The notes under the pieces are model-generated. The model saw nothing but the letters and a program-made list of their open reading frames with translations, had not been told where the DNA came from and did no database searches. The position numbers and the translations under genes are program-made. A DNA stretch of 59,084 bases. Source: Octopus bimaculoides. Lineage: Eukaryota. The DNA lies in contig NC_068983.1 in the NCBI RefSeq assembly GCF_001194135.2, positions 50,658,518 through 50,717,601 on the forward strand, given 5' to 3'. Below are positions 37,061 through 48,800 of this stretch, piece by piece (position 1 is the stretch's first letter; each line of letters starts with the position of its first letter).

Positions 37061-40000
37061 AGAGTAGTAAGTTAAATATGTTGTCTCCATATTACAGAAC
37101 CGTAGAAAAATAACTCATTAAAGATTATAGCATATATATTATTACGACTACGGAATGATTTTCATTTCAGACTTTCTAGAAACATGAAAATATTGAGAAA
37201 GGAGATATTTGTTAACATCTCATCATACCGTGACTCCAAATAATGGCTGTGATTTGATCACAAACGGATGCATGCGTTACTTCTATGGGATACATTCCAA
37301 ACAATCAAGGTATATTTAATTCGCATGAGTTCATATTTTAAGAAAAATGGAAGCACACATACAATTTGTTCAAATTGGACGAATACGAGTTGAACAACAG
37401 GGGAAAAATGAAAACAGTGCCGAATCACAATCAATTTTATGTTCTTGCGATACAAAAGAAGACCTCATTGCACTGTGTCACCAATTCTACCTGAGAATGA
37501 AGTTAATTGACATCAAACAACATATTAATTGAAATGTTTCATCAATTTCACTAAATGTATGCACCTATTATATGTAGTAAATACAAATTTATGTATACAA
37601 TATCAGATTTACGATAAATAATTGAATTTCAGATAGAAATCACTTATAAAATTACTTTTCTATATAAGGAAAGTAGTTATAAAATAACTACATAATTTTC
37701 CTTACAGAGCAGCGTATGTCTTCGTTCAAAATCACTTCTTTCAGCTATTTATTATCTATTGATAATGAGGAAATAAGTTGTTGATCTTGACTATCAAATG
37801 AAGTGTACCAGAGTAGAAAATTAAGAATATCATTAATTTCAAACGAAAAGAACAACAAACACTCTAAAGTTAAAATCATTTGTTAGCATAAACAACATAT
37901 CAGGCTATAAAAATAAGTTCGTATACGAGTCTTATATGAGTCAATTATAGAAGATATTAAAGATTAATGTTTCTATAAAAAAAGTTCCCAAACAATTACC
38001 ATCTCATTGCTATGAACGCCGTCTCTTCTCAAGTGATAACTTGTAGAAATATTCACTCCAATATTAACAGAAATGTTATTGGTAAGTAAAGAAATGTAAT
38101 TATATACTAAATATAGAGTCAGTGTTTGAAACGATTATCGTCTACTAACTAGCATCACAGAGAATATCTAAGAGAAATTGTTTTACCATGTAGAAAAGCG
38201 TGTTAACATCATTTTAAACACGTGTTGCTTTCTATGTTAAATATTATATTTATAATATGTTACTCCGTCATTGTTCGTTTAGCATTGTTTTCTTTTTTCT
38301 TTGCGTTGCTTGGTAATCACCAGGGGAACATAGATATTATCTTGATTTTATAGTTTCAGTAATATCAAAGATTATATTGAAGCTTGTCGGAATAAAACCC
38401 AAAACCAAAGATAAAAAAATATAAGCTGGTCAGGTACATAAGCACTTGATATTTTTGTGGATGTATGTGTTGGATGGAAAAAATGTTGATAGGGAAGAAA
38501 AGTAATTTAATATTAAGCGAATGACAATGCCATATGTCATCAAATATTAGTATACAGTACAATTCTCAATCAAAAATACTATTATTTGAAGAAAAGGACG
38601 CATGCAATCTGGTATAGAATTATCTATTCATTTACTATAGTGAAACTTTTTGCATTCGAGAGATATGTCTAATTGTTCATGTCACATATAAAATGATACA
38701 TGAACGCGTTGGTTTCTTATATATGAGATCGTTTCACACTAGAGACGATTCTAAATTGGGCCTTCAATAAAGTCATATTATATGAAAAACGAATCTGAAA
38801 ATGAAATATATTTCAATATATAAAGTTATATTTATTCTAAGTTGCCAACATCAATTAATTCTTAAACATATCAAATCGAAGTAACCGCGTCTTCCCTCTC
38901 TACATTTACTGGTGAATGAAAATCTTGTTTGAGATGCACGTCATGAGTAAAATGTTTTATTTAGATGGCAACTGGAAAACTGGAATGACGCAATTTCATA
39001 ACGCATGTTCTCAGTCACTGTATGAACTTAAAATTATGAGGAAGGTTAACAGTGTTTCCGGGTTTCTTGGATTGATGACTTCACTCCATGGTCCCGAAAA
39101 TAATTAATCTTGTTGAGCACTGAACGACTTGATAAAATATTGCTTACTTATAAATGCCCAACACATTTGTATGGATTCTGTAATTGATTTAACCAACTTT
39201 GGCACATAACGTATCTTTGTATTGTATTCATTTCCGAAAAGCTCAAATCCAAACGCTACTCTGTAACAATTTTAATTGTGTATATTCAAAATTAAAACAA
39301 AATATCGCCGTGAATTTATTTGTGTGACCATCTAGAACGTTTTCCACACTAATATCTTGAATACAAACAATGGTGGACATCAATAATATAGATCTTGAAT
39401 ATGCATTCATTTGAGCAGGTTACAGAATCGTACACAGAAAATTGTTAAGCGAATATTTAGAATTAAAATACATACGTAAAGTTTGTTCGAATGATATCAG
39501 GAACACACTACTAAATTTTCAAGGTAGCTACAGCGGAGCTATTACACTGTGAACTGTGGATCGTGAAGATATATTTATCATTGTTTATCACATTGGAACA
39601 ATAGAGTGGTATTTTACGTAGAATGATGCTCAATAGGCCTTTCTGTAAATATTGTAACCATTCTTTCTAAGTCCAAATCTAATAAATCATCATCTATAAG
39701 ATGTTAGTAATTAATTTCCTCGTACTGAATACATGGACAATCTTCGCATACCGATATATATCTTATATATTTGTGCGTTTAATTATGGTTTCAGTGAAAC
39801 GTTTCAAACAACAAAAGTCACAAAAGGCTCTCTCTAATCTTTGCACTTGATTTTAATTGTTTCGAAGTTTAAATTTTACATTGTTTAGTTCATGGCAATA
39901 AATTCTGTTTTCAAAAGTAAATATATCGGAATTATGTTGGTATAAGGGGACGGCAAATTAAGGAAAAGTTTGAGAACAGTAAGATGTAAAGTTTGAAATA

Positions 40001-40339
40001 CTTAGGACAACACTGCAATATAATGTATATAAATAAATTTATGTAGAATTATTTTATTTTACCTTATTTTTGCAATTGCTCAAAGAAATATACATATTTG
40101 AAAAAACACAAAACGGCTGTATATGATTTAGAGCTTTCATTTAATTTCAGATAGTCTGAAGGAAAGAAACACGATACTTCAAAGAAACAGCTAACTGCAT
40201 GTTCCTTCGACATCAGACCCAAATTAAGAGTAAATGATTTAAACATTGGGTATAAAATATTTGGTATAAAGTAGATGTTTTATATTCACTGTTAATTTAT
40301 TCTTAAATATTTCTCCAACGTTTCAAAATTTGAGAATAC

Positions 40340-41495
40340 ACAGACAATATTTTACGTAGGGAATAGGCAGTTCCCATAAGCACTCTCTTTTGAATTTCGA
40401 CCATTTTTGATTTTCCTGGTATCTAGGCTAGGTAGGAATTAGCCCCTTTTGCTATCATTCCTAGGGCACCTATGACAGCAGGTATTATTTTAGTCTTGAG
40501 TTTCCACATTTTGCCAATTTCTATTTCAAGATCTTTATACTTGCTCAGTTTTTGGTAGGTCTTGACGGATACATTTATGTCAATTGCGACAGTCATATCA
40601 ATGAAGTCTTTCAATATAATGTCTGGCCTATTTAAATCAATCTTCCTGTCAGTTTGAACGGTGAAGTTCTAGACGACTGAGATGAGAGGTGGTTTGTGTT
40701 CCCACCAGTTTTTTTTTTATCACGGGGCAGGTCCAGATTTTTGCAAATTACCCAGCGAATATATTTTGCTGCCCTATCATGCCTGTAGAGATCATCTGTA
40801 GGCGCAAGAAGGCTGCATATGGAAACAATATGATCAATGGTTACATTTTGTTGTTTACATACATGTTTGTCTACTGTCATTTCCTTATATGTTGGCCTAG
40901 TAGTTCCTCCAGTGCTTGAAAATGATCTCATCTCTCTCGTCTAAAACTTCACCGTTCAAACTGACAGGAAGATTGATGCAAATAGGTAAGCATTGATACT
41001 GGGCTGCTAAGATAAACCCTTCTGTTTCTGATTTTAAGCCAGAAGCCACTAATCATTGATGGGTAAGTGCTTTGACAGCATCGGCAATATTAGCTCTCTT
41101 TTCGTATTTGCCACTGAGAGATTTTTCTTACCATTTATCAATAAGAATATCTAAGTCAGCAGTTTTAGCACGAGTTTTCATACGCTTAGTTTTTTCTGTG
41201 CTATTTTCTAGTATTAGTATATCTATTTCTGGAATTTTTTGTATTTGGAATTCACTTAGATATTCCTTTGCCTGTATTTTTTTTTACTGAGTATGATGCT
41301 TTCTTGTTTTCATGCTCTAATGTATGATTTAACATCCAGTCGTCAAAGTTTTTCAGGTAGGTGTTCAAACCAATTATGGCAGTCTTCATTGTTAATTCCA
41401 GTTGTAAAAGTCCATGACCACCCTCATTTCATGGCAGGTAAAGCTGTTCCATATCTGCCTTAGAGTGATACATTCTATGCATTGTCAACAATTTT
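40340..41495 (-). mobile_element. R4/Dong-clade LINE fragment (post-RT linker, Zn-knuckle/RHD region, REL endonuclease), decayed
   Basis: Minus-strand pieces, in order: YHSKADMEQLYLP*NEGGHGLLQLE; ASGLKSETEGFILAAQYQCLP; CKQQNVTIDHIVSICSLLAPTDDLYRHDRAAKYIRWVIC; NFTVQTDRKIDLNRPDIILKD; KYKDLEIEIGKMWKLKTKIIPAVIGALGMI; VLMGTAYSLRKILS. Confidence 0.9.
40627..40986. repeat. 60-bp inverted repeat pair (40627-40687 / 40927-40986) inside the LINE
   Basis: ctcatctc(tc/ag)tcgtcta(a/g)aacttcaccgttcaaactgacaggaagattgat(gc/tt)aaatagg; 55/60 identical by manual alignment. Confidence 0.9.
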
Positions 41496-41497
41496 CA

Positions 41498-41635
41498 CAC
41501 GCCAAGCGAAATGCATAGCGGTATTTCGTCGTCTGCCGTTACATTCATATTCCGCCGAAGTCGACTAAGCCTTTCATCCTTTTGGGGTCCATACATTAAG
41601 TACCACTTGCCTTGTGCCTAGAGTAGAAATTATTA
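41498..41635 (+). mobile_element. SINE family B, 5'-truncated and internally deleted
   Basis: gcggtatttcgtc..ttccgccgaagtcgactaagcctttcatcc..taagtacca|..gccttgtgcctagagtagaaattatt. Confidence 0.8.
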
Positions 41636-41659
41636 TATATATATATAATGATAAAGAGA

Positions 41660-42328
41660 GCAATGGTAAGGTTGGAAATATATTTTATGGATAGAGTCTT
41701 ACAGCTGTTTCTGGGAAGATCCAGTACTTCCCTTCATCGGAAAGAGAAATAGTAAAGGAATCGATTAATATATCCATAGGCGGGGAGTTTTAGTATGAAG
41801 TGATAGTGAGTGTGATGAGCTGAAAAAAGAAAGAAAGAGAGAACAGTACTTGGAGTGTAGTTTCATTCCAGTAGTAAGTATCCGTGTAAAGTAATCCTTG
41901 TGGGTATAATCCGGAAATAGTTGCTGCAGCAAAGGCTGAGATAGCAGAGGTGAATATATTCCATATTGTATCCGAGGTATTTTGCTTGTGTTCACTTGAA
42001 GGAAGCCCAGGTCAAGTGAGATGAGTGCCTGGGGTAAGTAGGTCAAGTCTTGAAGACAGAGTGGGAAGGGGATAGAGGAAAGATTCAGGTGTAGAATGGT
42101 AGTGGTATATTTTTATGGTCAGTTGATCTGACTGGATAGAGAGGATGAGTGTAGTGAGGGAATCAGGGAGGGGGGATGAGGTTAAATAGTTTAGTGAGGA
42201 GGAAGGAATGCGCAGAGGCAGTATAAAGGTGGTGGGGGTATGGGTGACAAACCAAGAACAGTAATAAAGGGAGATAGGATAGGTAGTTAGTAGTATCATA
42301 TTCTAAAAGATAGCTAAACCTATTTATA
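41660..42328 (-). mobile_element. Penelope-like element remnant (3' / pseudo-LTR region)
   Basis: Pyrimidine-rich sense strand ending in a hammerhead-like motif; no intact RT or GIY-YIG reading recovered, so the assignment rests largely on the motif. Confidence 0.5.
41697..41743 (-). ncRNA. Degenerate minimal hammerhead ribozyme motif
   Basis: Minus strand: uuu-CCGAUGA-a-GGGAAG-uacuggau-CUUCCC-a-GAAA-C-AGCU-G-UA-aga. This gives the core CUGAUGA with U4C, a 6-bp stem II, GAAA, a palindromic CAGCUG stem III and a GUA cleavage triplet. Confidence 0.6.
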
Positions 42329-43059
42329 NNNNNNNNNNNNNNNNNNNNNNNNNNNNNNNNNNNNNNNNNNNNNNNNNNNNNNNNNNNNNNNNNNNNNNNN
42401 NNNNNNNNNNNNNNNNNNNNNNNNNNNNNNNNNNNNNNNNNNNNNNNNNNNNNNNNNNNNNNNNNNNNNNNNNNNNNNNNNNNNNNNNNNNNNNNNNNNN
42501 NNNNNNNNNNNNNNNNNNNNNNNNNNNNNNNNNNNNNNNNNNNNNNNNNNNNNNNNNNNNNNNNNNNNNNNNNNNNNNNNNNNNNNNNNNNNNNNNNNNN
42601 NNNNNNNNNNNNNNNNNNNNNNNNNNNNNNNNNNNNNNNNNNNNNNNNNNNNNNNNNNNNNNNNNNNNNNNNNNNNNNNNNNNNNNNNNNNNNNNNNNNN
42701 NNNNNNNNNNNNNNNNNNNNNNNNNNNNNNNNNNNNNNNNNNNNNNNNNNNNNNNNNNNNNNNNNNNNNNNNNNNNNNNNNNNNNNNNNNNNNNNNNNNN
42801 NNNNNNNNNNNNNNNNNNNNNNNNNNNNNNNNNNNNNNNNNNNNNNNNNNNNNNNNNNNNNNNNNNNNNNNNNNNNNNNNNNNNNNNNNNNNNNNNNNNN
42901 NNNNNNNNNNNNNNNNNNNNNNNNNNNNNNNNNNNATATACATACATACATACATATATACATACATGCATACAATCATACATACTCTGTGCTAAATTTA
43001 GACCGGTGCTGAAACGATAATAATACCAGGAAGAATGTGTCCTTCAAATGTTATTTTGC

Positions 43060-43262
43060 ATGACACAAGCCCCGAAATTTGTGGGAAGGGGGCCAGTCGA
43101 TTATATCAACGCCAATACACAACTGGTACTTAACTTATCAACCCCGAAAGAATGAAAGGCAAAGTCGACCTCGGCGGAATTTGAAATCAGTACGTAGTGA
43201 CGGGTGAAATACCACCAAGCATTTCGCCCGGCGTGCTAACGATTCTGCCAGCTCGTCGCCTT
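43060..43262 (-). mobile_element. SINE family B, full length
   Basis: aaggcaaagtcgacctcggcggaatttgaa..gcatttcgcccggcgtgctaacgattctgccagctcgtcgcctt. Confidence 0.9.
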
Positions 43263-43891
43263 ATCTTATACTTAATATAATATAGCAAGCACTCTCATAT
43301 CAATTTGTTCCGAACTCACTTATCAATTTGAAATACTTGGCGTGCAGATTCTTATTGTAACTTTTACTCAACAGAAATTCTTCTTTAAACTCCTAAATGT
43401 ATCATTGGATTTTTTTTTTTATATCAACTTTAAATTTCCACATCATTCTTTGAAATCTGTGGATACGTATAACATCATCATGATAGGTTTGGGAAATTTT
43501 TTAAGCTTAAAAATATGTTGGATACACTTGACAGTTCCTGTTTTTTAACTTTTTATTATTCGTATCATTGTATCAATAAAATATTCCAAGTTATGTTTCA
43601 CAATTTTGCTAAACAAAATTGAGATTCCCATTTGGGATATTGCATGTACATTATTAACAGTGGTGTAATTTTTATAATTCCATCCGATATTTCCTAAATT
43701 CACCGAATAAATGGCATCTATTATTTCATCCCTGATGCAATGTGTCAGAGAGTTTTTTATATGCAGAACTGAAAAAGTGCGATGGAATTTTACAGAAATC
43801 AATGAGGAAATACTACAGCATTCATGAGACGACGTTATTAAACTCAGTAAATTATAGGCTCCAGATATGGCAAATAATTGAAGCTACTTAC

Positions 43892-43960
43892 TTGCAAATA
43901 CGATCCCCGTTTTCCTGAGATGATTTTGAATGGCTGCCAGAATGCAGCTGATTGGCAGCT
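43892..43960 (-). CDS. Candidate 69-nt symmetric exon of an unidentified host gene
   Basis: Acceptor ..gatattattattatAG and consensus donor CAA|GTAAGT. About 46% GC in an AT-rich background; all three frames open (for example LPISCILAAIQNHLRKTGIVFA). Confidence 0.4.
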
Positions 43961-44532
43961 CTATAATAATAATATCCAAATTGTCACTGAGAATTTCATG
44001 ATAACCCTTACAACGAACATTAAGATAATCAATTCCCATTATTATAATGTACGCTCCTGGAATTAATACATTTTATATTCCTATAATAACTCAAATCTTG
44101 TATAGTTTATTACATAATTTTCTACTGTAAGTTTTTTATATCATCATGCCAATATGTATTTCATGTTATACCAGTAACGTTTCGCTTTAATAAACGCTAA
44201 AATGCTCTCTTCATTCAAATTACTAGAATACTGAAATAATTTATTACTGTACAACATAAAACATTATAAATCCCATATAGTACATACATAAATAATGCAT
44301 TAACAAATTTATTCAAATTTTGCATTATACTATACCAAACTTCCGAATTCTCCTTAACAAATATATGAGGCTTCGACTAAAAATAATGTAATAATACACT
44401 GTGTTAATGAGACACTGAAAGCTGGGTTTCTAAACGACGGATACCGCATCATACCCTTTTTTCTGAAATTGTTATTGAGTGGTTTTATGGAAAGACATTT
44501 TCAGTATCTTCTCTGCAGTATATACTATTCTT

Positions 44533-45175
44533 ATTTTACTGGTTATAGTCATTTGACTGCGACCATGCACTGCCATTAAGTCGAACAAATAAACCCCCGG
44601 GACTTACTCATTGTAAGCCTAGTACTTATACTATCGGTATCTTTTGCCGAACCACTAATTTACGGGGACGTAAACACACCAACACCGATTGTCAAGCGAT
44701 GGTGGAGGTAACAAACAAAGACACACATCCATACATACTTACATACGTAATATATATATATATATATATANNNNNNNNNNNNNNNNNNNNNNNNNNNNNN
44801 NNNNNNNNNNNNNNNNNNNNNNNNNNNNNNNNNNNNNNNNNNNNNNNNNNNNNNNNNNNNNNNNNNNNNNNNNNNNNNNNNNNNNNNNNNNNNNNNNNNN
44901 NNNNNNNNNNNNNNNNNNNNNNNNNNNNNNNNNNNNNNNNNNNNNNNNNNNNNNNNNNNNNNNNNNNNNNNNNNNNNNNNNNNNNNNNNNNNACATATAC
45001 ATATATATATACGACGGGCATCTTTCAGTTTCTTTCTACCAAATCAAATCACAAGGGTTCGGTCGGGCCGAGGCTATACTAGAAGACACTTGCCCGAGAA
45101 GTTAAACAGTGGGACTGAAGCCAGAACCATGTGACTGGGAAGCAAGCGTCTTACTACACGGCTACGCCTGTCCCT
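44533..45175 (-). mobile_element. SINE family A, full length, with the internal microsatellite spanning an N gap
   Basis: Both halves align to 48388-48800. Confidence 0.85.
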
Positions 45176-45771
45176 ATATACTGAAAATTCATAAAGAAAA
45201 GAGACGTATTTTCCCAATAATACATCCTCCATTTACAATACAACTAATCCTAGAAATTTGAAACAACTACGCAGTGTAATTAACTCTTAAAACCTTAGTC
45301 TAATACCGGAAATTTATACATTATCACCTTTTCCTTTGAAAACAAGCAGTAACGCTTGCTATACAACTCCCTTGAATACTGCACGCACAACTAGTAAGAC
45401 CTTATATTTAAAATGCAGTTTCATCCAATTAACTATTATACATACGTTATAATTACGATACATACGCCTATAATCTCTGGACTGGAATATCATAGAAATA
45501 ATTTGGAACAATGCAAATGAGAGTTTTAAGCTGTGTACCTAATATCTTTAGTGTAACAAATGCAATGTTTTGCAATAGTTGTGTACTTAAGACGCTTTCT
45601 TCTCATGTTTAATTCCACGTTGTTTCGAGTTAGAAACCGTGTACAGAAATTATTTAGATTAGTGTAATTTAGCATAATCTTGGTTCTATCAATACAGTGT
45701 GAGTGAAAATTGTTTAATGGAAACGACGAGAAATATCCCTATGAATAAATGCGCATTGATGCATAAATGTA

Positions 45772-45859
45772 ATCACACACACACACACACATTCACACAG
45801 AAGCATACATACATACACACACACACACCCACACACACACACACACTCACACACACTCT

Positions 45860-45941
<82 letters not shown>
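45772..45941. repeat. (CA)n(TA)n compound microsatellite
   Basis: Direct reading. Confidence 0.95.
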
Positions 45942-45944
<3 letters not shown>

Positions 45945-46061
45945 TCAGAGATGTGCTGCAATTTTTCTAAAATTGAGTAAAACAAATTGTGTAATGATTA
46001 ATACACACATACATATACATCATGAACAAAATTATGAACAATTTTACATATTATGAACACA

Positions 46062-46063
<2 letters not shown>

Positions 46064-46101
<38 letters not shown>
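46064..46101. repeat. (TAA)n microsatellite
   Basis: Direct reading; abuts the LINE fragment. Confidence 0.95.
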
Positions 46102-46103
<2 letters not shown>

Positions 46104-46870
46104 GTTTATGCAGCAGATAGAAAAGACGGACAAGTACGTAGGAATATTAGAAATGGATAAATCAATGGAGAAAGCAATGATAGAAACATTTAAGGTGGAA
46201 TACTTGCGCAGACTGAGACTGTTACTTAAGTCGAAATTAAATGGACGGAAATAAGATTGAAGCTATCAACATCTGGATAGTTTCACTACTGAGATATAGA
46301 GCAGGGGTAATCGCATGGACAGTACACGAACTAAACAGCTTAGACAGAAAGACAAGGATGTTACTAACTAGATATGGTATACTCCACTCAAAACCTGAAC
46401 AGACAGACTGTATGTTCCAAGAAAAATATGGTGAAGAGACTGATTCGATGCAAACACAGCATTAGAGCAGGAGAAAATGAAATAGTAAGGTGTGTAAAAA
46501 ATGCCACAGAACCACTATTATTCGAAATAAGAAGGTAAGGCTTATGTAGGATGGAAGATTGCGAAAAGGCACTTTACAAGCACTTAAGAATGAATGAAAC
46601 TGAAAATAGGACAATTTCATAGGGATGTTAAGGATAAGACAGACGGGAAAAAAGATGGCTATGGATGACAAAAAGTGGTTTAAAACCGGAAACGGAGGCT
46701 TTCATCTTTGCTGCCCAAGAGCAAGCATTAAGAACGAATTACAACAAATACAGAGTATACAACACATCAGAAAGTGATAAGCACAGAATCTCTGGACGAA
46801 ATGGTGAAACTCTATGGTATATTACCACTCAGTGTACGCCACTAGCCCAGAAAGGATATAAGAGACGTCA
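46102..46870 (+). mobile_element. R4/Dong-clade LINE fragment (end of RT to Zn-knuckle/RHD)
   Basis: KYVGILEMD..EYLRRLRLLLKSKLNG / NKIEAINIWIVSLLRYRAGVIAWTVHELNSLDRKTRMLLT; KSGLKPETEAFIFAAQEQALRTNY..ETLWYITTQCTPLAQKGYKRR. Confidence 0.9.
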
Positions 46871-46888
46871 GATAGATAGATAGATAGG

Positions 46889-46930
<42 letters not shown>
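46870..46930. repeat. (GATA)n microsatellite
   Basis: Direct reading. Confidence 0.95.
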
Positions 46931-46932
<2 letters not shown>

Positions 46933-46939
46933 GACGCAT

Positions 46940-47300
46940 AAGGGGCTAATGACCTAGTGGTCAGGATGCTATATTCACGTTCGTTAGATCGCTTTTTCAA
47001 TTTCTTCCACCCAGTGGTGTGCCGTCTTCTTTAGGAAAGCGCTTCATCTCAGGTTGCTCTGCGATCACTTGGATACTTAACGTGCCTCACACTGTGCACC
47101 TATTCAGGCAATGTCGATATGAGGAAAGGAGTGAGCTAATGTGCCGCACATACATTTGATAGCTATAAAAAAAATCATTTGTGCAGGTCGTTCAGTAAAA
47201 GCTGAACACCCACACTTCGTCTTCAACAAGTGAGACTCATATATTACGACGTATAGCTGCGGCAATATATAACCGGCAGAGTACCATAAAGACACCTTAC
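46940..47300 (+). mobile_element. SINE-like element, a further family
   Basis: tRNA-like head ggggctaatgacctagtggtcagg followed by a non-microsatellite body; family not named. Confidence 0.55.
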
Positions 47301-48278
47301 GTATACTCAATGAAAAAAAAAACCTTTCTTATTCGGTCAGAAACGAAACGGGAAAATAGGTTGGTGTCTTGGAAACCGTAACCAACTTTATAGTGTTGTT
47401 AGCGAACTACAAAATATCTGATAATAACATATGCAGAATATGTCAATTTTACCTGCAATACATTAACGATATAAAGACAAGTATATCCTTTGAATTTAAA
47501 CTTTAGCTATATAATCTATAAAATGTATAAAAGTATGTTGCAGTGATACTTTACTTTAGATTACAATACTCAGCTATTTAAACACAATAACTTACAAAAT
47601 ATAGATTCCACTCAAAATATTTTAGACATCCTTGCGTATATATAAAGTCGCTACACACCTACATGCATGTATACATTCTCTCTCACTCTCAGAGATATAT
47701 ATGCATTTAAACTAGTATTCATATCTTATATGTATCTTCATATACGTCAAATATAATTAACTATGAAATACTTTTCAGTCTCACAGTTTATCTAAGGTAA
47801 TTACACTTAATGCTGTTATGTCTATTACCATATTCTTGAAATATTCATTAAATATATACAGTAAAATTCAAAAATAAAGAATTCGATAACAGCCATAAAG
47901 TATCCGTGTATTTTTTTGGCTATTATTTTCATTACAGACTTTTCTCATTTTATAATCTAAAATTTTATTGGAGAATAATTTGCTGAGAGAAATGTCGTTC
48001 TATTCTTGTCTGTATCTGGAATACATAAGCTGTATTTCAAGTAATATCTGTAGAAGCAACGTGTAGAGATGATGGTATATGGAATTATTCGCAGACATAC
48101 TGGTTAAGTAGCATCTAACTCTTTTCTTTAAATTGCTACAAAAGTATCCAATGAAACAACTTAGTGTTCGCCACTGCGAAAACAGTCTATCCAAGTAGTA
48201 CATAATTTTGGAGCTGGCCGTGAAAAGTCGGATCATCGTCATATATATATATATATATGGAGAGAGAGAGAGATATGT

Positions 48279-48312
<34 letters not shown>

Positions 48313-48387
48313 ACATATGTGCATATATATATATATGTATATCGATATGTATATGTAGATATATGTGTACGTATGTATATGTGTGTG

Positions 48388-48800
48388 TTTTACTCTTTTA
48401 CTTTTACTTGTTTCAGTCATTTGACTGCGGCAATGTTGGAGCACCACCTCTAGTCGAGAGAATCGACCCCAGGAATATTCTTTGTAAGCCTAGTACTTAT
48501 TCTATCGGTCACGTTTTGCCGAACCTCTAAGTTTCGGGGACGTAAACACACCAGCATCGGTTGTCAAGCGATGGTGGGGAGGGGACAAACACAGACACAC
48601 AAACACATACACACACACATATGAATATATATATATACATATATACGACAGGCTTCTTTCAGTTTCCGTCTACCAAATCCACTCACAAGGCTTTGGTCGG
48701 CCCGATGCTATAGTAGAAAACACTTGCCCAAGGTGCCATGCAGTGGGACTGAACCCAGAACCATGTGGTTCGTAAGGAAGCTACTTACCACACAGCCACG
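48388..48800 (-). mobile_element. SINE family A, best-preserved full copy
   Basis: Minus-strand head gtggctgtgtggtaagtagcttccttacgaaccacatggttctgggttcagtcccactgc; CCTTGGGCAAGTG box; internal CA/TA tract; (TAAAAG)n tail. Confidence 0.9.

Noticed and set aside
39000-39130. Possible Tc1 WP..SPDLNPIEH relic
   Set aside because: Only a few residues match and there is no TIR support.
43545-43802. 85-aa minus ORF just downstream of the candidate exon
   Set aside because: AT-rich, no motif, no convincing splice sites; within chance expectation.
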